Shown: positions 26,926 through 36,872 of the stretch, piece after piece
How positions within the stretch are numbered: the stretch's first letter is position 1
Layout: each line of letters begins with the position of its first letter
Notes under the pieces: generated by a model
What the model saw: the letters and a program-made list of their open reading frames with translations, nothing else
What the model was told of the DNA's origin: nothing
Database searches by the model: none
Program-made: the position numbers and the translations under genes
Origin: an uncultured Bacilli bacterium
Lineage (GTDB): Bacteria > Bacillota_I > Bacilli_A > RFN20 > CAG-449
Assembly (NCBI GenBank): GCA_947629415.1
Contig: CANRDP010000002.1
Location: 1-63,688, forward strand
DNA length: 63,688 bases
Direction of reading: 5' to 3'

Positions 26926-26959
26926 GCCTTGAGAGCCTTTGGCTCTTAAGGCTTTTTTT
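26926..26959 (+). terminator. strong rho-independent terminator-like hairpin
   Basis: GCCTTGAGAGCC-TTT-GGCTCTTAAGGC (12 bp including one G-U pair) followed by T7. It lies 30 nt after the upstream stop and 17 nt before the next start codon. Confidence 0.8.
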
Positions 26960-26976
26960 CAAAGGAGAGAAAATTT

Positions 26977-29562
26977 GTGAATGAAAACGTTTACGAATTA
27001 GCAGAACATTTAAACACAAACATAAAAACCGGATTGACCACAGAAGAAGCAAACAAACGTTTGCTTGAAAACGGAAAAAATCGCTTTGAAGATGTTAAAA
27101 CAACCCCTTGGTTTTTTCAATTATTTTCGCAATTGAAAGAACCGATGATTTTTATATTGATTATTGCCGGTTTTATTTCTATTTTTTTGAAAGAATACAT
27201 TGATAGTGCTATCATCTTTTTTGTTGTATTTTTAAATGCACTTATCGGTTTTGCGCAAGAAAGAAAAGCTTATAAAGCATTACAATCTTTAAAAAGCCTC
27301 TCGTCTCCACATTGCAAAGTAAAAAGAGATAATCGGGAACAAGAAATTTTCTCGGAAGATATTGTCATCGGAGATATTTTGATTTTAGAAGAAGGCGATA
27401 TCGTTCCTGCCGATGCACGTTTAATTAAAATAAATCGATTTATTGTAGACGAATCTTCATTAACCGGAGAATCCAAGCATATTCATAAATGCCTTTCTTG
27501 CGATCAAGAAGAGTTTCATCGAAAAGATACCATTTATGCTTCAACCGAAGTAATGGAAGGAAAAGCCGAAGCGATATGCATAGAAACAGGTAGCAAGACG
27601 GAAATCGGAAAAATTGCCGGGATGGTTACCAAAAGAAAAGAAAATACTCCTTTGGAAAATCGATTAGACAAACTAGGAAAAAATTTGGGAATTCTTACCA
27701 TTGTCATTTGCGTTCTCATGTTGATTCTATCCTTATTACAAGGTGGTGAATTCATAGAAATGTTAATCACTTCCATTTCTTTGGGAGTTGCGGCAATTCC
27801 CGAAGGACTTCCTGCCGTTGTTACTATTGTACTATCTTTGGGAGTGCAAAAAATGGTAAAAGCAAACACGATCGTACGAAAATTACCCAGTGTTGAGACA
27901 TTAGGAAGTGTTACGGTTGTTTGTACCGATAAAACCGGAACATTAACGGAAAACCAAATGAAAATCGAACAAGTTTATTTTGATCAATTCTCTTCTTATT
28001 TTGAAAAATATAAAAAAGAATTATCCCTTTTTTTGCTTTGTACCAATGCCACGCTTGATCATGGGGATCCAACCGAAAGAGCTATTGTAAAGCTCTGTGC
28101 TTCTTTAAATATTTATCGCGATGCTTTAGAAAAAAAATATCCTCGTATAGATGAAATTCCATTTACAAGTACAAGAAAAAAGATGGAAACAATTCATTTA
28201 TATAATGGAAATCGTTTTAAAATTGTAAAAGGCGCACCGGAAGTATTGCTCGAAGAAAGTACGCATGTACATCTTGATTCTGTTACTCCCTTGGAAAAGA
28301 AAAATAAAGAAATTTATCTAAATGTTCTCAATCAAATGTCCTACAATGCTTTGCGGACTTTGGGACTTATGATTGAAACTCAACAAAAAAGAATATTTGT
28401 CGGTATTTTGGCAATGAAAGATCCTTTAAGAAAAGAAGCCAAAAAAAGTGTACAAACCATGCTGGATGCGTCTGTAAAAGTGAAAATGATTACCGGAGAT
28501 CATAAAGATACGGCTTTTGCCATTGCCCGAGAAATCGGTATTGCTTCCAAAGTGGACGAAGTAATGGAAGGAAAAGAAATTGATACGCTTGATAAACCTG
28601 CTCTTTTAAAACGTCTGCCCGATATAAAGGTATTTGCCCGTGTCACGCCCGAACATAAAATGCGAATTATTCAAGGATATAAAACTTTGGGTGAAGTCGT
28701 TGCTATGACAGGAGATGGAGTGAATGATGCTCCATCCTTAAAAGCCGCGGATGTCGGAATTGCCATGGGAAAATCAGGAACAGAAGTAGCAAAAGAAGCC
28801 GCGGACCTTATTATACGAGATGATGATTTTGCTACGATTGTGCAGGCGATGAAAGAGGGAAGAAATATATATTCCAATATTCGCAAAGCGGTTCTATTTC
28901 TTCTTTCAAGCAATATTGCCGAAGTTCTTGTCATGTTTTTAGGATTATTGTTCGGTTTTCCTTTGCCCTTATTGGCGATTCATATTCTCTTTGTAAATTT
29001 GATTTCCGATTCACTTCCCGCTTTAGCTTTAGGCACCGATAAAATGGAAGAAGATTTAATGCTGCAAAAACCTCGTTCCCGAAATGATTCTTTATTTTCT
29101 ATGGGAGGAAAAAAGATCCTGGTATTTTATGCAATTACTATTTTCTTATTGACGGCAATCGCTTTTTTTGCCACTCCGTTTGCTTATCTTATTCAAGAAA
29201 ATGTGATTCTTCCTTCTTTTCAAGATGCCTTATCTTTTTTTACTCGTGCATATCAGCAAGAATGGATTTTAAAAAAATCACGCACCTTAGCCTTTACCGT
29301 TTTATCACTTTCCGAACTTTTTCATATGATAGGAATGTCTTCTCCGCATCATTCTTTTCTTTATATTCTTAAAAAGAAAAATTTCTTTTTATTTTTTACA
29401 TTCACTCTTGGTCTTCTTTTGCAATTCTGCTTAACCGAAATCCCCTTGCTTTGTGATATTTTTAAAACTTCTCCGCTTTCTTTAAACGAATGGATTCTCT
29501 GTATTCTGCTCTCTTCTTTCCCTTTGGTAGCTCATGAAATATTAAAAAAAGAAGTGCAATAA
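26977..29562 (+). CDS. P-type Ca2+-transporting ATPase (P2A/SERCA-like)
   Basis: 861 aa, GTG start after RBS GGAGAG. Motifs CTDKTGTLTENQM, TM4 IPEGLPAV, MITGDHKDTA and MTGDGVNDAPSLKAADVGIAMG. Confidence 0.88.
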   Translation: MNENVYELAEHLNTNIKTGLTTEEANKRLLENGKNRFEDVKTTPWFFQLFSQLKEPMIFILIIAGFISIFLKEYIDSAIIFFVVFLNALIGFAQERKAYKALQSLKSLSSPHCKVKRDNREQEIFSEDIVIGDILILEEGDIVPADARLIKINRFIVDESSLTGESKHIHKCLSCDQEEFHRKDTIYASTEVMEGKAEAICIETGSKTEIGKIAGMVTKRKENTPLENRLDKLGKNLGILTIVICVLMLILSLLQGGEFIEMLITSISLGVAAIPEGLPAVVTIVLSLGVQKMVKANTIVRKLPSVETLGSVTVVCTDKTGTLTENQMKIEQVYFDQFSSYFEKYKKELSLFLLCTNATLDHGDPTERAIVKLCASLNIYRDALEKKYPRIDEIPFTSTRKKMETIHLYNGNRFKIVKGAPEVLLEESTHVHLDSVTPLEKKNKEIYLNVLNQMSYNALRTLGLMIETQQKRIFVGILAMKDPLRKEAKKSVQTMLDASVKVKMITGDHKDTAFAIAREIGIASKVDEVMEGKEIDTLDKPALLKRLPDIKVFARVTPEHKMRIIQGYKTLGEVVAMTGDGVNDAPSLKAADVGIAMGKSGTEVAKEAADLIIRDDDFATIVQAMKEGRNIYSNIRKAVLFLLSSNIAEVLVMFLGLLFGFPLPLLAIHILFVNLISDSLPALALGTDKMEEDLMLQKPRSRNDSLFSMGGKKILVFYAITIFLLTAIAFFATPFAYLIQENVILPSFQDALSFFTRAYQQEWILKKSRTLAFTVLSLSELFHMIGMSSPHHSFLYILKKKNFFLFFTFTLGLLLQFCLTEIPLLCDIFKTSPLSLNEWILCILLSSFPLVAHEILKKEVQ

Positions 29563-29566
29563 TATC

Positions 29567-29857
29567 TTAATTCATAAAGTTATTATTCGGATCATTAAAA
29601 TTACTTCTGGCATAATTTTGTCCTGAAATAGTAAGCATCACCTGTCCGACACATTCAAAAAAATTCCCCGCACTTTGCTGAGCCGCGGCATTTAAATTTT
29701 GCGATAATAAAAAACCGATGATGCACGCTAAAGCGGTGAATTCATTTGGAGTTAATCCGATTAAAAAAGTGGCAAACTGATTCATTGCTTCTTGATCTTC
29801 ATAGGACATAGCTCTTCTTACCAATTTATGATAATAGCAGAGAAAACCATGATTCAT
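29567..29857 (-). CDS. hypothetical small protein
   Basis: 96-aa ORF (alternative start MSYEDQ at 29809) with a hydrophobic core (LTPNEFTALACIIGFLL...GNFFECVGQVMLTI). No family named with confidence. It lies downstream of DUF1848 on the same strand. Confidence 0.4.
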   Translation of the reverse strand: MNHGFLCYYHKLVRRAMSYEDQEAMNQFATFLIGLTPNEFTALACIIGFLLSQNLNAAAQQSAGNFFECVGQVMLTISGQNYARSNFNDPNNNFMN

Positions 29858-29901
29858 TTAAGAAAAATCATGAACCAGATTTTTTAAAATATAAAACGAT
29901 T

Positions 29902-30831
29902 TCAATCAAATAAACGAAAGGAATCGCTTATCCAACTTTGTTGCTTTGCCTCATTTATTTTATCTTCGGGTTCGAGTTCTCCGATAAGAAAAGGAGAATC
30001 CGGATGATGTCTTTTCATATTTTCCTTGACTACTGCTTCATTGGTATTGGCATAGCAATATCGACAGAAATGTCCGCAAGTGTTATATTCCCCGATATCC
30101 ATTCCCAATAAACAATGGCATAGTGATCTTTTTTTCTTCATATTCGGAACATCTAAAGTATTTTTGATTGCATTCTCGATTACGATTTTACTCATACATC
30201 CGGATATATCCAACCCATATTCTTTTAGAAACTCTTTCTCGCAACATGCATATATTCGGATACCATTTTCCGCTCCTATTTTGGAAAAAGCTTTTGCTAT
30301 TTTAATTTGTTCTTCTTTGGTCGGTTCTTTTAAATCCGGAGCATTCCTTTTTACTTTTTCATATCTATCCAAAAAACTAATTGTACAATTTTCAGTATAT
30401 CCTTTGAATTTCGGCAATAATTCGGAAAAACATTGGATATGTTTTTGAACATCAAAGGTATCCGTGATGCATATCGGATCATAGCGTAAGGCAACGGATT
30501 TCTTCCCTAGATGTTCGGAAAGTACAATAAAATCTTGAATGACTTGATTTTTATCCGGAACAAATGGTTCCATATCTTTCCCATAAGGAGTAATTGTGAT
30601 AAACCAAAACTGTCGAAAAGAATCGAGTTCTTTTAAATGTGCTATCAAGGGATGGGGATTTTTCGTACAAAATGCCAAACAATCCACTACCTCCGGATTT
30701 AAGAGATATTTTGTCACTTGATGTCGATAATAAGGATTTCGGACATACACATATCCTTCTTTTATTCTATTCAAAAACCAAGTCGAATAAAATGCCGGAA
30801 TATCCGTTCGCATACCCGTGTTTATAATCAC
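29902..30831 (-). CDS. DUF1848 family protein (C-terminal CX3CX2C cluster)
   Basis: 309 aa from GTG 30831 (RBS AGAGGAAAT). The N-terminus VIINTGMRTDIPAFYSTWFLNRIKEGY is typical of DUF1848. The C-terminal Cys cluster is CHC...TCGHFCRYCYA. Confidence 0.7.
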   Translation of the reverse strand: MIINTGMRTDIPAFYSTWFLNRIKEGYVYVRNPYYRHQVTKYLLNPEVVDCLAFCTKNPHPLIAHLKELDSFRQFWFITITPYGKDMEPFVPDKNQVIQDFIVLSEHLGKKSVALRYDPICITDTFDVQKHIQCFSELLPKFKGYTENCTISFLDRYEKVKRNAPDLKEPTKEEQIKIAKAFSKIGAENGIRIYACCEKEFLKEYGLDISGCMSKIVIENAIKNTLDVPNMKKKRSLCHCLLGMDIGEYNTCGHFCRYCYANTNEAVVKENMKRHHPDSPFLIGELEPEDKINEAKQQSWISDSFRLFD

Positions 30832-31064
30832 TTTATTTCCTCTTTCTTTATACAAAACAATAAAAACGCTGCTAAAATTTGATTCGTTTCTTATCTTTTT
30901 CCCACGCATCGCTTGTATTCTCTTTTATTTTAAAGCAATTTTTTTATTTATAAAGTTTATTGCACAATAAAATAAAATTTCCTGCAATACAAATTTCTAA
31001 CTATTCGTTAAAAGAAAAATGTGCTAATATAATTTTAACAACAGTTGTGGAGGATTTTAGTAGT

Positions 31065-31913
31065 ATGAGACCAGTAAAAATCATTGTGGATTCCACTTGT
31101 GATTTAACCGAAGAATTTTTAAGAAAAAATGATATTGAGGTTGCTCCTTTGGGAATCATTTTCGGTGAAGAATCTTATCATGACGGTGTGGATATTACCG
31201 TCCCGGATCTATACAAAAAAGTTGATGAAAAACATCTTTTACCGAAAACATCCGCGCTTTCTATTGAAGAACTTCACGAAATATTTCAAAAGTGGAATGA
31301 AAAAGGTTACGATATTTTCTTTATTTGCATATCCAGCGATTTTTCCTCTTGCTACCAAAATGCAAAAATTGCTTCAGAAGAGTTTGAGAATCATGTAGTA
31401 TGCTTTGATTCCAGAAATCTTTCCAGTGGTATCGGTTTATTGATTTTAAAAGCATGCAAATTCCGTGATCAACAAAAATCGATTCAAGAAATCGAAACCA
31501 TGTTAAAAGATTTTGTTCCCCGTGTTCGCAGCCAATTTGCCGTCGAAACACTCGATTATTTATATAAAGGCGGAAGATGTTCTTCTCTTGCCTTCATTTT
31601 CGGAAAAGGATTTCATATTCGTCCTATCATAAGAGTGAAAGACGGAAAAATGTTTGTCTACAAAAAGCCACGAGGAAAAATGATAAATGCCTTAAACACT
31701 TTGTTAGATATCTTCAAGGAAGATTTAAAAAATCTGGATCCGGATTGTGTCATGATTACGCATTCTTTAGCTGATGAATCCGAAGTATATTTGCGAAACG
31801 AACTGAAAAAAATCATTCCGGAGAGCATGATTATGACGACACGGGCCGGATGTGTGGTTTCTTCCCACTGCGGAAAAGGAACCATCGGGATTCTTTATAT
31901 TGTAAATCAATGA
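31065..31913 (+). CDS. DegV family fatty-acid-binding protein
   Basis: 282 aa from ATG 31065 (RBS GGAGGA). Starts MRPVKIIVDSTCDL; also contains ...TSALSIEE...ISSDFSSCYQNA. Confidence 0.9.
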   Translation: MRPVKIIVDSTCDLTEEFLRKNDIEVAPLGIIFGEESYHDGVDITVPDLYKKVDEKHLLPKTSALSIEELHEIFQKWNEKGYDIFFICISSDFSSCYQNAKIASEEFENHVVCFDSRNLSSGIGLLILKACKFRDQQKSIQEIETMLKDFVPRVRSQFAVETLDYLYKGGRCSSLAFIFGKGFHIRPIIRVKDGKMFVYKKPRGKMINALNTLLDIFKEDLKNLDPDCVMITHSLADESEVYLRNELKKIIPESMIMTTRAGCVVSSHCGKGTIGILYIVNQ

Positions 31914-34900
31914 TTTTCTTCTTGGAAAGGTTCTTTGCTTACCATTCCATCATTTAAATAAAGCGATTTATTTCGCACAAGGTCTAAAATGAATGCATTA
32001 ATGGTCTGATACGTTTTTGCATTCATTTTTTGATAGCCAAGAGTCAATAAAATCATCTTGATGATTTGATCCTCGGATACTTTTTTCAAAGCTTCGACAA
32101 TCCGAAGAATACCATTGGAAATTTCCGCTCCAGAAACATCTTCGATTTTTCTTAATTTTTCTTTGGAAGATCGGAATGTGATTTCTTCATCATAAACATA
32201 AAGAAAATCTTCTTTTTCATAAATTTTTTCTTCGGCAATCAAAGAAGAAATAATTGCGACTCCGTCCATTTGAAACAAAGACAAAAATTCTTGTTTTTTA
32301 CAAGGTGCCGTTCTTTTTAAAATTGCCAAGAACAAATCTTTTCGACTTACATCGCTTTTATTTTTATAAGCAACATAAATTTCCGCGGGTGTCTGATATG
32401 GTTCAAAGAGAACATCGGTTAATTTTTTCTTCACCAATTTCTTTTTTCTTTCGACCATTTTCGATGAATTTTCAATCAACTTTTGAATAAGTTCTTTCTT
32501 TGCTTTTTCTTCATTTAAAAAGAAAGCAAAAGCAAAAACTCTAAGAACATTATATCCACGATTTTTCAAAATTCTTTCTTCTTCTTGGAAAGTCAATTCG
32601 GCACTTTCAATCGATTGATAAGGTAAAGAATCGATAATAATTGCCGTATATCCCTTTTTTAAAGGCATACGAGCAATCATATCCACCATACCTTCTTTTA
32701 AAGCAATATCTTCGGCAATTTCAAAGCCTTCATTACGCAAAAATTTTATAATATATTTTTTGAAACTTGCATCTTTGGTATTCAAGCGCAAAGGAACGAT
32801 TTCATAAGATTTAGCCGTATATTCTACATTGTCGAAACATCGTTTGGAAGCGGATACGAAATCTTCGGTTTGCGAAGGATCAATGTAATCTGTTTTCGGC
32901 CCTCGAATCAAATATTGCCCGTCAAAAACAATGGTTTGATCGGCACGAACCAAAGCACTCAACGTTTCTTTTGTTTTCATTTTCCGATCCGATAACACAA
33001 TTACAGCATCAAAATGATATTGTTCACTGGAAAGAAGTTTCGCCACATGCTTTAAAGAAATAAGGAAACAAGGCATCATGTGATAAATGGATTCGTGAGC
33101 CAAAGAGGTAATTTTTGCCAAAGGACGGATTCCTTTATTTTCTTTGGTTTCTTGAATATAAGCCCATTCATATTTTCTTAAATTGGAAATATTGCTTTGT
33201 AAATATTCCAAATAATAATTACGCATGAAAGAATCGAAAAGCAGTTTTCGATTTTGCTCACTTTTTTCATACGTTTCCACACTTCCGAACACAAATTCAT
33301 CCGAATAAGTTTCTTTTCTTAAGGAATTCATCAAATATTTCGCATAATCATAATAGAATCGTTTCAAAAACATCGATTCATACAAAGAATAATTTTCAAT
33401 TTTCAAAAGATTTGTTCCCAGAGAAGGAATAATTCGATTTATTCTGTACAAAGCAACATAAAAGTCCAAATATTGATTGATGGAAATAAAATCTTTTGCG
33501 ATTCGATCCGCTTTCCATTGATATTCTTCAAAAGGCATGGTGGCAAAAGAAATGTATTGTGTATTGAAATATGGTTGCACAATATTGGTGTTTTCCAATA
33601 CATGGTTAAAGAGAACCTGTAATTTCACCCGTTCGTTCATGATGTCTTTATATTTTGATTCATCTTTTAATTGATCCATATTCTTCAAAGAAAGCGGTAA
33701 GCGATTTTGTAAGAAATAGGCCTTCGAGATTTTGTATGTTTTGATACATTCCATAATCGGTTGAATACTATCGACACTTAATTCTTTTTCTTTGAAGTAA
33801 TCTTGTATCGAAAGCGGCAAGGATTCCTTTTCCTGCTGACATTGTTCTTGAAGTTTATGGAAAGCATCCAATTGTCTTTTTGCTTTTAAGATTTCTTCAA
33901 TCGTGGTTTTATTATCATTGGAAAAATACGTAACTGCTTCTCGCATTTTTTTCTTTGACAAACCTTTCTCGGAAGCTGCTTGAAGCAATAATTCTTGTGG
34001 TATATCAAATATTTTTTCACCATATTCCGATATAAGAACATCTTTTAACTGATTGATTTTTTTCTGCTTTTTTTGGATGCGTACCACTTTGGTTATTTCT
34101 TCGTTCCAATCCAATTCTTCAAACCATTCCTGAGGATAAAGGCGATAAGAATCCCCAATGGATAACAAATTTAATAGTGCTTTTGCCAGTTTTAAATTAT
34201 TGGCATAAGGAAATTCATATTTTTCATGAAATTTTTTCAACGAACTCATAAATTTCTTTAACTCTTCAGACAAAAGAGTAAAGGAATTTTTCAACGGCAA
34301 ATATTCTTCTTGCATCATGGTTGACTTTTCAAAGCCATAAAAAGGATGATCTTTATAATTACATTTCAAAGCAATCAAAGCATGTTCGAATTCACGAATG
34401 TTCGATAAATATTCCTCTAATTTTTGGGGAGTCATTTCCGCAATATGAGGAATTTCTATATTCAACATATTTTCTTCCAAATGATAATAATTCTCTATTG
34501 CCATTGCTAAAGAAAGTCCGAAAGGACGATTCTTTTTTCTTAAGGAATTAATTGTTTTTTTGAATTCATTTCGCACTTCATAATATTGATTCAAGATTTC
34601 TTGCATGGACAATGGATCAAATAAATTTTTTTGCAGATGGTAACTTTCATATGTCGTTAAACGATCCAAAAAAACATTTTTATCAATGGAAACTTCATCC
34701 AAATCGACATAATAAGGTTTCAAAGATTCATCCAATGCGGGAAGAAGTTGTTCTTTTTGTTCCCGTTCATTATAAACGACCAATACTTTTTTATTATTAA
34801 GCAAAAAACCCGAAATGATATTCTGAATAAGATGTGCCCGATTCGACAAAGAATCTGTACGGATAAATAACGATTCACGATCGGCTACTTTTTGCATAAT

Positions 34901-35719
34901 ATGATATTCATCATTATCTAACGCTAATAAAGATAATAATTTTTTACTGAGTTTTGTTCCTTTCGGTTGATTAAAGGAAAAGAATTCCGAATTATAATAA
35001 GACACCGATTTAATTAAAGGAATATCGGAAATCTGCTCTTGATTTTGAATTATATCTTCCAAATATTTTTGAGAAAATAAATCAAAATCCGATAAGAATA
35101 CTCCATTATTTACCGACCAGTGAAACATATGAACTTTCGGAGCAATGTATGTCAAATATTCAATAATCGAAAATGTCGGATTCAAGGGATACGAAATATC
35201 AATTTTTCGTGATTTTCTTACATAAGAAATCAATGTATCATTTAAATAAATTTCTTCGTTAACCGCAGAAATTTGATAATTCCCATCTTCCGTTTTTTCG
35301 ATTTTTATCGGTAAAAAAACTAATGGCGCGGATTTTACAATATGTTTTTTATCAATATCCACATAATCGAGAATTCCAAAAGAAATAAAAGAAGATATCT
35401 CACCGTATTCTTTTAAAGACGTTTCATTTTTTTCGATTAAGCGATCTAAGATTTCTTTTTGCTCTTTGACTTTTGAAGTTGTCAATCCCTTAAATTCTGT
35501 CGAATTTCCATAATATTTTTCTTGTGAATCTTCATCTTTTTCATTTAAAATTTGCAATACTCTTCCTTTGGTAAGATAAGAAAAAATTTCTTCATACTGT
35601 GCATTGGTAATACGAAGAACATCTTTATCTGAACCACGAAACTGCAAAAGTTTACTTTCATTGCATTTTTTTTCTACTTCTTCAGTCCAAAGCTCTACTT
35701 TATATCTGCTATTTTCCAT
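31907..35719 (-). CDS. DUF4011-containing Upf1-like helicase/nuclease homolog with degenerate catalytic motifs (predicted pseudoenzyme)
   Basis: 1270 aa. DUF4011-like N-terminus (WTEEVEKKCNESKLLQFRGSDKDVLRI...SAPLVFLPIKIE). The helicase-core scaffold is recognisable, but the Walker A position reads TDSLSNRAHLIQNII and motif II reads FDAVIVLSDRK. There is no GK[ST] anywhere. A DUF559-like segment (ERILKNRGYNVLRVFAFAFF) and a DUF3320-like tail are present. Confidence 0.75.
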   Translation of the reverse strand: MENSRYKVELWTEEVEKKCNESKLLQFRGSDKDVLRITNAQYEEIFSYLTKGRVLQILNEKDEDSQEKYYGNSTEFKGLTTSKVKEQKEILDRLIEKNETSLKEYGEISSFISFGILDYVDIDKKHIVKSAPLVFLPIKIEKTEDGNYQISAVNEEIYLNDTLISYVRKSRKIDISYPLNPTFSIIEYLTYIAPKVHMFHWSVNNGVFLSDFDLFSQKYLEDIIQNQEQISDIPLIKSVSYYNSEFFSFNQPKGTKLSKKLLSLLALDNDEYHIMQKVADRESLFIRTDSLSNRAHLIQNIISGFLLNNKKVLVVYNEREQKEQLLPALDESLKPYYVDLDEVSIDKNVFLDRLTTYESYHLQKNLFDPLSMQEILNQYYEVRNEFKKTINSLRKKNRPFGLSLAMAIENYYHLEENMLNIEIPHIAEMTPQKLEEYLSNIREFEHALIALKCNYKDHPFYGFEKSTMMQEEYLPLKNSFTLLSEELKKFMSSLKKFHEKYEFPYANNLKLAKALLNLLSIGDSYRLYPQEWFEELDWNEEITKVVRIQKKQKKINQLKDVLISEYGEKIFDIPQELLLQAASEKGLSKKKMREAVTYFSNDNKTTIEEILKAKRQLDAFHKLQEQCQQEKESLPLSIQDYFKEKELSVDSIQPIMECIKTYKISKAYFLQNRLPLSLKNMDQLKDESKYKDIMNERVKLQVLFNHVLENTNIVQPYFNTQYISFATMPFEEYQWKADRIAKDFISINQYLDFYVALYRINRIIPSLGTNLLKIENYSLYESMFLKRFYYDYAKYLMNSLRKETYSDEFVFGSVETYEKSEQNRKLLFDSFMRNYYLEYLQSNISNLRKYEWAYIQETKENKGIRPLAKITSLAHESIYHMMPCFLISLKHVAKLLSSEQYHFDAVIVLSDRKMKTKETLSALVRADQTIVFDGQYLIRGPKTDYIDPSQTEDFVSASKRCFDNVEYTAKSYEIVPLRLNTKDASFKKYIIKFLRNEGFEIAEDIALKEGMVDMIARMPLKKGYTAIIIDSLPYQSIESAELTFQEEERILKNRGYNVLRVFAFAFFLNEEKAKKELIQKLIENSSKMVERKKKLVKKKLTDVLFEPYQTPAEIYVAYKNKSDVSRKDLFLAILKRTAPCKKQEFLSLFQMDGVAIISSLIAEEKIYEKEDFLYVYDEEITFRSSKEKLRKIEDVSGAEISNGILRIVEALKKVSEDQIIKMILLTLGYQKMNAKTYQTINAFILDLVRNKSLYLNDGMVSKEPFQEENH

Positions 35720-35899
35720 GGAAGTTCTCCTAAACTATATACAGATTTATTGTAACAAAAAAAAGAAAAGAGATAAAGACTTAATCTGGTTTTCTGTTGG
35801 TCATGGAATCAAATCGAAAATTTTTTTAAAAAAATCTCATCTGTTTTTGTTTTCTTTTGTCTTTTTCGTTTACTTTCTGTCAGAAGTTTATTACCTTAT

Positions 35900-36334
35900 T
35901 TAAATTTGATCATCATAAAAATAATCTTCTTCATCCTCTTCATCATTTAATAAATAGGTTAAACTGAAATTCCCGGCAAGAAGACCGGAAATAAATATTC
36001 CGTAAATCGTCACATAAGACATTGCCAAAGGAATAATGGAATAAAAAAAAGAAATAAGTAAAAAAACTCTTAAAGGCAAAAAAAATTTTTCTTTGTAAAC
36101 ATAAAAAACAGAAAGCAAAAGACATACGAGTGATAAAATCGCCGCGGTAAATGCACCGAAATTTCCCATCCAAAATGCTTGAATATCAAAATATGAACAA
36201 TTGATTTCCGTGACCGTTACCGATTCGTAATTTAAATTGAAGCCGTCATAATATGTACTGGAAGGTATAAGTTCCAAAGAAATCGTTGCAATTAATAAAA
36301 AAACATACAGGTATTTATAATAATTCTTTTTCAT
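35900..36334 (-). CDS. hypothetical integral membrane protein with acidic C-terminal tail
   Basis: 144 aa from ATG 36334 (RBS AGGGGAAAG). Four hydrophobic segments. C-terminus NDEEDEEDYFYDDQI. Confidence 0.6.
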   Translation of the reverse strand: MKKNYYKYLYVFLLIATISLELIPSSTYYDGFNLNYESVTVTEINCSYFDIQAFWMGNFGAFTAAILSLVCLLLSVFYVYKEKFFLPLRVFLLISFFYSIIPLAMSYVTIYGIFISGLLAGNFSLTYLLNDEEDEEDYFYDDQI

Positions 36335-36431
36335 TTTTCTTTCCCCTATTTTCATTATAATGTTCTAATTTATATACATCAATAGAAAAAAATCGACATA
36401 TTTCGACACAAACTAGAGCATTGAAAAAGAA

Positions 36432-36872
36432 TTATTTATTTTCGTAATGAATAAAATATTCAATCCTTTCTTTATGTCTTCCACCTTCAAAAGGAGTATT
36501 TAAAAACAAGGTCAAGTATTCTTTTGCTTGTTCAAATGTAGTAAATTTTGCACCCATTGCCATCATGTTGCAATCATTATGTCTTCGAATATATTCCGCG
36601 GTCATCGTATTATAAACCAATCCGCAACGAACACCTTTTACTTTATTTGCCGCAATCATAATTCCTTCCCCGGTCGTGCAGATGGCCACACCATAGGTCA
36701 CCCGACCCGAAGCAACAAGTTCCCCGCAAAGTATTCCATATCGGCTATAAGCACAACTTTTTTCCGAATCGGTTCCGCAATCGACTACTTCATATCCTTC
36801 GGAATTCAAATAGGATATTATTTGTTGTTTCAAGTTATATCCACCATGATCACTTGCCACTGCTATTTTCAT
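36432..36872 (-). CDS. rpiB: ribose-5-phosphate isomerase B
   Basis: 146 aa from ATG 36872 (RBS GGAGGAA). MKIAVASDHGGYNLKQ...CGTGEGIMIAANKVKGVRC is classic RpiB/LacAB. Confidence 0.9.
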   Translation of the reverse strand: MKIAVASDHGGYNLKQQIISYLNSEGYEVVDCGTDSEKSCAYSRYGILCGELVASGRVTYGVAICTTGEGIMIAANKVKGVRCGLVYNTMTAEYIRRHNDCNMMAMGAKFTTFEQAKEYLTLFLNTPFEGGRHKERIEYFIHYENK

